NCBI GenBank assembly: GCA_035380285.1
Contig: DAOSXE010000015.1
Span: forward strand, 1,927-65,926
Source of the DNA: a bacterium
GTDB taxonomy: Bacteria; Auribacterota; Erginobacteria; Erginobacterales; DAOSXE01
Length of the DNA stretch: 64,000 bases
Direction: 5' to 3'
Shown here: positions 23,524-31,100 of the stretch, piece by piece
Position numbering within the stretch: the stretch's first letter is position 1
Layout: the number at the start of each line of letters is the position of its first letter
Made by a program: the position numbers and the translations under genes
Notes under the pieces: generated by a model
The model's input: only the letters and a program-made list of their open reading frames with translations
The model's database searches: none
What the model was told of the DNA's origin: nothing

Positions 23524-26214
23524 ATGCGAGAATCCTTTCGTCCGAAACGGATCCCGATGAACCCGCGTAAATCATTCACAATTTCGGCCCTGATAATCGC
23601 GGCCGCGGCCGTCGCCGCCGCCGTGGTCTTTCCCACCGAAACCGCCCGTTTCGACATCCCCGTGGCTTTCACCTTCAGCGGGGAAGACCTGCTGGTCGTC
23701 GAGAAAAACGACAACACCATCCTGCGGCTGCGCGGGTTTTCCCCCGGTGCCCCGATGCACCTGGAGGAGGAGCGGGCCATCGAACCCGACGACGACCGTT
23801 TCTACTACATGGTCAGGGACCTGTATCCGGCCCCCGGGGGGGTCATGGTCCACAGCTACATCTACGACCGTCGGACCACCGACTTTCTGGGCTACCGCTT
23901 CAACCTCTACCGGGATATCGCCCGGGCGCCCGAAACCGTCTTCACCATTTTCCTCAAGGAACCCGACGAATCCCCGGAGCTGCGCTACGCCGCCGGGCCC
24001 GGGGGGCGGCATTATTTCGCCAACAACTGCCGGGGACAACGTTGCGTCTGGCGGCTGCCGGAGGATGCCCGGGGAGTGGTCATGACAAACGGCGTTCCCC
24101 CCGCGGAGATCCAGGAGTTGGGCGACCGCAACGGCGAGTTCGGGTACTGGATGAGCCTCTTCGTCGACCCGGAGGGGACGACATACCTCTCGTCCGGCGA
24201 AGACGACCAGATCGTCCGGTTCGACTCCGAGGGCAAGCGGCTGAGGGCGTGGGGACGACCGGGACGGGAGCGGGGGGAACTTCTGGCCCCGGTGGACGTT
24301 TTCCTGCTGGCGGAGGCTCCGGGAGGGGAACCCCGGTTGACCGTGGCCGGAACCGGCAACCGCGACTGGGTCTGTTTCGACCGTGAGGGGGAACCCGTCC
24401 GGGTCATAGAACCCCTGGAAAAAGGGTATCCTTACATCGATATCCTGGTGGGAAGGATCTTCGATATCGCGGGGAGGAACCTCAGCTACGACCTGGCCAA
24501 CAAGTGCCTGGTCGTCGCGGGTCCGACCTTCGAAGCCGTCGAGGTCTTCCGCAGGCCCGCCCGGCTCCGGACGGTCCTGCTCTGGCTGGGGGCGGGGCTG
24601 CTGGTCCTGCTGATCGCCGCCCGGGACCGCCTGGCCGCCCTCTGGAGACGGAGGAGGATTCCGGTTTTTTTCAAGATCATGCTTATTTTCGCGCCGCTGG
24701 TGGTGGGGGGGTTCCTCATCAGTTCCCGGGCCCGCAAGATCAGCTACCAGGCCTACCTGGAGGAGTCGAGGCTTCGTTCCGCCAACCTGGCCCGGGCGAT
24801 CCTCAACAGCGTCCCCGTCGAGGAACTGGAGAACATCAACCGGCCCGAAGACCGGGGAAGCGAAACCTACGAGAAGATATTCGCCGCCGCCGACCGCCTG
24901 ATCGACCGCAAAAACGTCCCCCAGACTCCGAAGTGGATCATCCATAAGATCGCGGGGGGACGCTATTACTTCGGGATCAACAGCTGGAGAGGCCCCATCT
25001 TCGAGCCTTTCATCGTCCCCGCCCAGCGCAGGATGTTTCTGGACGCGCTGGTGAAGAAGGAGCCGGCCTGGGGGCGGTTCGTCGACGACCAGGGGGAGTG
25101 GGTGAGTTACCTCCTCCCCGTTCTCGATCGGCACGGCGAAGTCATCAACGTCATCGAAATCTACCGGTCCACGGAGGAGATGGCCCGGATAGAACAGGAG
25201 ACCTTGAGCAGGGTCAAGGAAAACGCGGTTCTGATCGTGATCTCCTTCACCCTGCTGGCCCTGGTCTTCTCCTGGCTGTTCGTGCGGCGCCTGAAGCGAC
25301 TGACCGTGGAAACCCGCGAAATCAGCCGGGGCGATTTCAGCCGGCGCGTCGATTCCCGGGCCCGGGACGAGGTCGGCGACCTGGGCCGCGCCTTCAACCA
25401 CATGGCCGAGGACCTGAAGAACTACACCCGGGAACTGGAGAAAACCACCGCGGAGAAGGAAAAGATCCAGAGCGAACTGCGCCTGGCCCACCAGATTCAA
25501 CAGGACATCCTTCCCCACGTTTTTCCCCCGGAGGTGGCTTCACAAAAAGTCGAACTCTTCGGCAGAATGGTGCCGGCCCGGGAGGTGGGAGGCGATTTTT
25601 ACGACTACATCATGATCGACGATCATCACATCGGAGTGGCCATCGCCGACGTTTCCGGGAAAGGGGTTCCCGCCAGCCTCTTCATGATGGTCACCCGGAC
25701 CCTGCTCTTCAGCAACGCCTCCTTCAACCGGGAAGCGGCCGAAACCATCGCCAAGGTCAACCGGCTCCTCTGCCTCAACAACACCTCCTGCACGTTCGTC
25801 ACCCTGTTTTATTTCGTCTGCGACCTGAGGACGGGCCGTTTGGAATACTGCAACGCCGGCCACAACCCGCCGGTGGTGCGCAAGGGCGGGGCCGTCCGCC
25901 TCCTGCGCGAGCCCGGAGAAACGGGGCAGCCGGCCCTGGGGATACTGGAGGATGCGGACTACCGCCAGGGGCGTATGACCCTCGATCCGGGAGACGTTCT
26001 CCTCCTCTACACCGACGGGGTCACCGAGTGGCACAACCGCGACAACGAGCTCTTCGGAGAAGAACGGCTGCTGCGGGCGGTGGCCGAAGCGGGCGACCTC
26101 CCCGCCCGCGACCTGGCCGCGACGGTTTTCGCCAAGCTGGAGGCCTTCGGGGGGGAAGTCGAGCAGTTCGACGACACCACGATGCTGGTTTTCAGATACC
26201 TGGGACATCCCTGA
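23524..26214 (+). CDS. Membrane sensor phosphatase: extracytoplasmic domain + HAMP + PP2C/SpoIIE (RsbU-like) phosphatase
   Basis: N-terminal TM segment, ~330-aa external domain, second TM, a HAMP-like segment (RRLKRLTVETREISRGDFSRRV...DEVGDLGRAFNHMAEDL), then VGGDFYDY, IADVSGKGVPASLFM, YTDGVTE. Confidence 0.8.
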   Translation: MRESFRPKRIPMNPRKSFTISALIIAAAAVAAAVVFPTETARFDIPVAFTFSGEDLLVVEKNDNTILRLRGFSPGAPMHLEEERAIEPDDDRFYYMVRDLYPAPGGVMVHSYIYDRRTTDFLGYRFNLYRDIARAPETVFTIFLKEPDESPELRYAAGPGGRHYFANNCRGQRCVWRLPEDARGVVMTNGVPPAEIQELGDRNGEFGYWMSLFVDPEGTTYLSSGEDDQIVRFDSEGKRLRAWGRPGRERGELLAPVDVFLLAEAPGGEPRLTVAGTGNRDWVCFDREGEPVRVIEPLEKGYPYIDILVGRIFDIAGRNLSYDLANKCLVVAGPTFEAVEVFRRPARLRTVLLWLGAGLLVLLIAARDRLAALWRRRRIPVFFKIMLIFAPLVVGGFLISSRARKISYQAYLEESRLRSANLARAILNSVPVEELENINRPEDRGSETYEKIFAAADRLIDRKNVPQTPKWIIHKIAGGRYYFGINSWRGPIFEPFIVPAQRRMFLDALVKKEPAWGRFVDDQGEWVSYLLPVLDRHGEVINVIEIYRSTEEMARIEQETLSRVKENAVLIVISFTLLALVFSWLFVRRLKRLTVETREISRGDFSRRVDSRARDEVGDLGRAFNHMAEDLKNYTRELEKTTAEKEKIQSELRLAHQIQQDILPHVFPPEVASQKVELFGRMVPAREVGGDFYDYIMIDDHHIGVAIADVSGKGVPASLFMMVTRTLLFSNASFNREAAETIAKVNRLLCLNNTSCTFVTLFYFVCDLRTGRLEYCNAGHNPPVVRKGGAVRLLREPGETGQPALGILEDADYRQGRMTLDPGDVLLLYTDGVTEWHNRDNELFGEERLLRAVAEAGDLPARDLAATVFAKLEAFGGEVEQFDDTTMLVFRYLGHP

Positions 26215-26345
26215 TGGCGGGAGAAACGCGGCCGGAGTACACTAAAGGCGGGGAGCGGGGCGCCGGGAGCCGGGAATGAAGCGGACCGAACGCCGATCGA
26301 ACACGCCGGGGACCCAACCCGGCGACGAAGAGAAACGAGGCTAGC

Positions 26346-27425
26346 GTGGGGGCGAAACGTCTCAAGGCCGATCCCGAAAGCATCGATTTCATTTTGGCGG
26401 CCAGTCTCCTGGCCCGTCAGCAGCGGGGCAACCACGCGGGATACTACGCGCTGGCGGCGCTGAGCCGGCTGTTGGAAAAAAACCTTCCCGGAGAGACGGG
26501 GCCGATCGAGGCCATGAACATCCGGCGGCGGCTGGACCGCCTGATCGGAGAAACCGAGTTCCCCGCCGAAATCGCCGCCAAGGTCTACGAGAACTGGAGA
26601 CCGATCCGGCCCTTCCTGGAGAAAAAAATCAGCATGGTACCCTCCCACCGCATGCGCCGGATCCGGCTTTTCGTCGAGTTGGTGGCATGGGTTTTCGAAA
26701 ACTACGCCCGGGTACCGGTCTCCGAAGTCGTCCGGGAGATGACCGTGGCCGACCTCGCCCGCCTGGAGCAGGGTTTCGGGTTCAAAGTCAGGGAGACCAA
26801 ACAAAAGAAACGGGAATTCCAGGGCTTCGCTCTCGCCGACTTCGACGACCTGCTCCGAATGCGCAAGCGCCTGGACGAGGCCGCGGGCGCCCTGGGCGGC
26901 TTGCTGGGCGACCGGGGAGGCCTCAGGCTGGGCCCCAGCCTGAGCGCGGTCGATTACACCAGTTCCTGGGTGGCCCTGACCTGGTGGGACAACCCCTTGG
27001 GCGAACCGGACGGCGAAGCCGGGTTTCGGGTCATGGCCACCACGGAAACGATCACCGCCGGCTTTTTCCTGGGCGCCGAGAGTACCCGCACCCGGGAGCG
27101 TTATTACCGGCGCCTGGGATCGGGCGAACTCGCCGGCTCCCTGGAGCGGTTCGCGGGAGCGGGGGGAACGTTCTTCGACTTTTTCTGGACCTGCAACCAG
27201 GACGAACGCCGTCCCATCGACGCGCCGGAGCAACTCCGGCCCAAGATAGAGGAGACACTGGCGGAACTCGCCTCCCTCCCCCCTCCCTACCCCGATACCC
27301 CGCTGCTGCCGGGCTGGGCCTGGACCCGTGAAGAAGCGGCGGGAATGCGGGAGCGCATCCTCCCCCTGGCCGCCGGGGCCTTCGGCCCCTGCGCCGCCTT
27401 AACGGCGGCCCTGGCCGGTCAGTAA
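26346..27425 (+). CDS. Hypothetical protein
   Basis: 359-aa ORF (GTG start) with protein-like composition. I recognise no motif. Confidence 0.45.
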   Translation: MGAKRLKADPESIDFILAASLLARQQRGNHAGYYALAALSRLLEKNLPGETGPIEAMNIRRRLDRLIGETEFPAEIAAKVYENWRPIRPFLEKKISMVPSHRMRRIRLFVELVAWVFENYARVPVSEVVREMTVADLARLEQGFGFKVRETKQKKREFQGFALADFDDLLRMRKRLDEAAGALGGLLGDRGGLRLGPSLSAVDYTSSWVALTWWDNPLGEPDGEAGFRVMATTETITAGFFLGAESTRTRERYYRRLGSGELAGSLERFAGAGGTFFDFFWTCNQDERRPIDAPEQLRPKIEETLAELASLPPPYPDTPLLPGWAWTREEAAGMRERILPLAAGAFGPCAALTAALAGQ

Positions 27426-28066
27426 CTGCCCCCGGAGAGTTTGAAGAGCCAGAAATCGGTGGGAACGGTCAGTTCTTTCTCCTCCTCGCCGGGAACGTCC
27501 TTGACCTCCAGCACTTCCCGCTTCGGAAACCAGAACTCCCTTCCCTCGGAAACGAGACAATAGGCGCGATCGGTTTCCCGGAGGATCCGGGCGCGCGCGG
27601 CGGTGAAGGCCTGGTCGTCCTCGCTCGGGTTTTCCAGGCGGCGGAGTTTGAAGTTGTAGTAGTTTTTCTGGATGACGAACCGGCAGCGGTCGTCCTCGAT
27701 CGGTTCGATCTCGGAAAAACAGACCCGGGGCAGAAACATCTCCCGGCCGTCGATTTCGACGCAGAGGGCGTCCTGTTCCTCCCTGACCAGGCGCCCGACG
27801 ACCTCGACCACATCTCCCAGGATCGAACCTTTGACCCCGGTGGCCTTCTCTTTCAGCCCCCTCATTTCCGCCCGCTTGGCCTCGAGGACCGATTCGAGGA
27901 TTTCCATCTCGTAGATGCCCTGCTCCGCCCGCAGACAGGAACGCACGGCTTCTTCGGGAATCCAGACCTTGCCTCCCCCCAGGTCGACCAGGCTGGCTTC
28001 CTCGGTGCGGATCAATACCTTGAGACGGAGACGGACGTAGCGTTCTTCCTCGGGCATCGAGATCAT
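27419..28066 (-). CDS. Hypothetical protein with three internal repeats, last gene of the T2SS-cargo gene run
   Basis: Start chosen at MISMPEEERY (28066); the N-terminal part of the 324-aa track ORF overlaps the giant gene. Three related segments: ASLVDLGGGKVWIPEEAV, ALCVEIDGREMFLPRVCF, AYCLVSEGREFWFPKREV. Confidence 0.55.
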   Translation of the reverse strand: MISMPEEERYVRLRLKVLIRTEEASLVDLGGGKVWIPEEAVRSCLRAEQGIYEMEILESVLEAKRAEMRGLKEKATGVKGSILGDVVEVVGRLVREEQDALCVEIDGREMFLPRVCFSEIEPIEDDRCRFVIQKNYYNFKLRRLENPSEDDQAFTAARARILRETDRAYCLVSEGREFWFPKREVLEVKDVPGEEEKELTVPTDFWLFKLSGGSY

Positions 28067-28131
28067 CCCCCCGACGGTTTCCGGGTTTACCCGAAGCCCA
28101 TGGTAGCAGAAGCCGGCGCCGGGACCAAGTC

Positions 28132-31100
28132 CTACCGAAGCTCGGAGTAAGGGCTTTCGGGAACCACCTGGTTCTCCAGATCGGAAACGGGGCGGAAGGT
28201 GGTGACCACCGCGCCCGGGGAATAGCGGTGAAGGCGGATCTCCTGGTCCCACGCCCCGGATTTCCCCCAGCGCAGATCGGGGTCGGGATCGGCCCAGGTT
28301 TCGGCGGGAACGTGCCCGGCATGATCCACTCCGGTCCACGTCACCTCCAGCTCCGTCCCTCCCACCGTCAGCACCATCCCGTCGTCGATCCACCGGTAGT
28401 CGCCCTGCAGGTGCCAGCGCACGATCCCCTGGCCGGGAAGGGTATCCTTGACTTCGATTCTCCTGTCTCCGGTCTTGTAGAGAACTACCTCGCGGCGCCA
28501 GCTCAGCGCTCCGACCGTGGAAACGGTGACGCTGCGGGACAGTTCGGAAGTGTCTTCCCAGGTCTCGGCCGCCGCCGGCGGGTAGGTGCCGCCGGTCTCG
28601 ACCAGGTTATGGAGTTTGAACGACGGATTGGAGTAGTTCATGGTCACCCCGGTGACGAACTCCTCGGGACCGACCCCCAGGCTGAGGATATCGTTGCCGA
28701 AGCCGTACCGGTCCTGGCCGCTGCCGGCGACCTGGGCGCCGAGGTCGAGCATGAGGAAAAGGGCGTCGGACCCGGACCCCGACCGGTGGATGACCTTGTC
28801 CGGGGTATCCACCAGTTGCGCCAGGGACTCGTCGTAGACTCCCGCCAACGATTGTCCCGGCATCATCGGCCGGGAGAGCACGCCCCCGGGGCAGTCCCCG
28901 TCGGCGGGCGCCTCGGGAACGAGATCTTCGTTCAGGAACCAGTAGAGGTAGACGGGGTTCATGTACACGGCGAACGGCCCCATCTGGGTGCCGGGGTAAC
29001 CGTAATCGTTGCGGCCGTAGGCCACCACTTCATGGCCCCGCGCGTACTCGAAGGCCTGCTGCAGAAGCCATTTGGCCCGCGCCGCGGCGGACCGGTGCTC
29101 GGGCACGTCATCGTCCAAAACCGCGGTGGCGGCGGCCAGGACTTCGAGGAAACGGTCGGTGAAGGCCTGCAGGTAATCCTGCCCGTAGGCGGGCATGAAC
29201 CCGTTGGGAGGGAAGGTCTCGATCAGGAGACAGACCTGGCGGTAGAAGTTGTCCCGCCACCTCTTGCCTTCCCCGTCCTCCACCGGGATCTCCATCCGGT
29301 TGGAGTAAAGGGCGACCCGCAGCATTTCCCGGATGAAGAGCCCCTGCCAATAGCGCGAGTTTTCGGGCAGGGTCCAGGTGTCGTCGTAACTGAGGAGCCG
29401 GTTGGCCCAGGCAATCATCTCCCGGCCCGGCTCTCCGCCGACGATATACCCCACCACCGCGTTGAGTCCGCAGACCGTCCCCTGCGCATAGTTCCCGGTA
29501 GAAGCGACTTCGCGGCGGTCCAGGGCCAGGCGGACGAATTTCTTCTCGATCTCGGCGCGCTCGGCCGACGAGAAAATCCCGGAGGCGGCCAGGGCCAGGT
29601 AGGCCTCGGCGACGTCGGAGATGCCCCGGGAGGTGGAGGTTCCGCCCCAGTCGAAGGAGGAATCCCGGACCAGGGCCAGCAGGTTCTCGCGAAAATAGTC
29701 GGCGCAGGGCCGGTACCCGGTCGCCAGATAGATGAAAGCGGTGTTGGGGAGATAGTCGTAAAGCGCGAACCGGGCGTCGGACGCCCCCAGGTTGCCGTCG
29801 AAGTTCTTGAAGTAGCACCCGGTGGCGAAATCGATCCAGTCGGCATAGTCCTCCACGGTCAGGCTGGAAATAAACGAGGCCCTCAGGGGGGAGGCCGGGG
29901 AATAATTGCCGTTGGTTTTTCCGGGGGTGCCGAAGTTGGTGGTGGTGCCCACGCTGTAGGTGGAACTGCTCAGCGCCCGGGCCCAGTTGGACTTGGTGGA
30001 ACCGCTCACGTCGGGGTCGAGACGCTCCATCGAAAATCCTTCCTGGGTGGTCACGAACCAGCCGGCGGAACTGCAGTCCACCGTATCGATGGTCTTACCG
30101 GAGTCGTCCTTCAAGACCAGCTTGTCCCCGCTGCCGCCGCACGTCAGCGTACTGGTGGCCTGGGCCCGGGCGCCGTTGGCCTGAACCGGAACGCTCAGGG
30201 CGCTGTTGGCGACGACCACGTAGAACGCCCCCACCGGGAGTTCGTAGCTCTTGAGCGAGATGCTCCAGTTTTCGGAATCGTTGTTCAGGGTCCAGTTTTC
30301 CACCTGCTGGGCGGCATCCCCGTAATTGGCGATCTCGATCCAACAGTAGGTGGGCTGATTCAGGGTGCCGGCGTAATTGATCTCGTTGATGACCAGCTGG
30401 CTGCTGCCGCCGCTGGAAGTGGGAGCCGGCACGGGAGTGGGAGTGGGGATGGGGGTGGGGGGAGGCGTGGGGGTGGTGAGGGTGACCCCGAACCAGGTCC
30501 GGTAAGCTTCCTTGTAGGTTTCCTGGAGGAGTCCGTAGGCCAGGGTCTGCCCTTCCGGCCGATACGGTTCCGGCGGCTCCAGGTCCTGAAGATCGTATTC
30601 CGCCTCCGCCGCGGCCGAGGCCCCGGCGGCCGCGCCGGATACCGGGGTGGGAACGACCGGGGGAAGCCAGCCCGCGCGGGCGAAGGGAGTGGGAGTGGGG
30701 GTGGCCCCGAACGTGTTCAAGTCCTCTATGTCGGGGGCGTACCAGACATGAACGCCGCCGTCTCCGGAAGCGGCGAAGACCATGTCGTCCTCCACCGCCA
30801 GCCCCTGCAGCGGGGCGCCCCCGGCTTCCAGCCTGCGCGCCAGGCGGAACCCGGGCAACTCCCAGACATAGAGGGAGCCGTCGTGACAGGAGGCGTAGAG
30901 AAACCCCCGGGCGGCGGCGGCGCCCGTAACCTGGTCCCGGCAGTCGTCGAGGATTTTCAGGGGAGCGAACTCCAGGGACCAGACATAGACATTCCCGTCC
31001 GAGGAGGAAAGGTATATCCGGTCGGCGTCGGTCGCCACCGAGTTCAGGTCGCTTTCGGCGCCGGCCAGCTCCGCCAGGGGCGCTCCGGTGGTCCGGTCCC

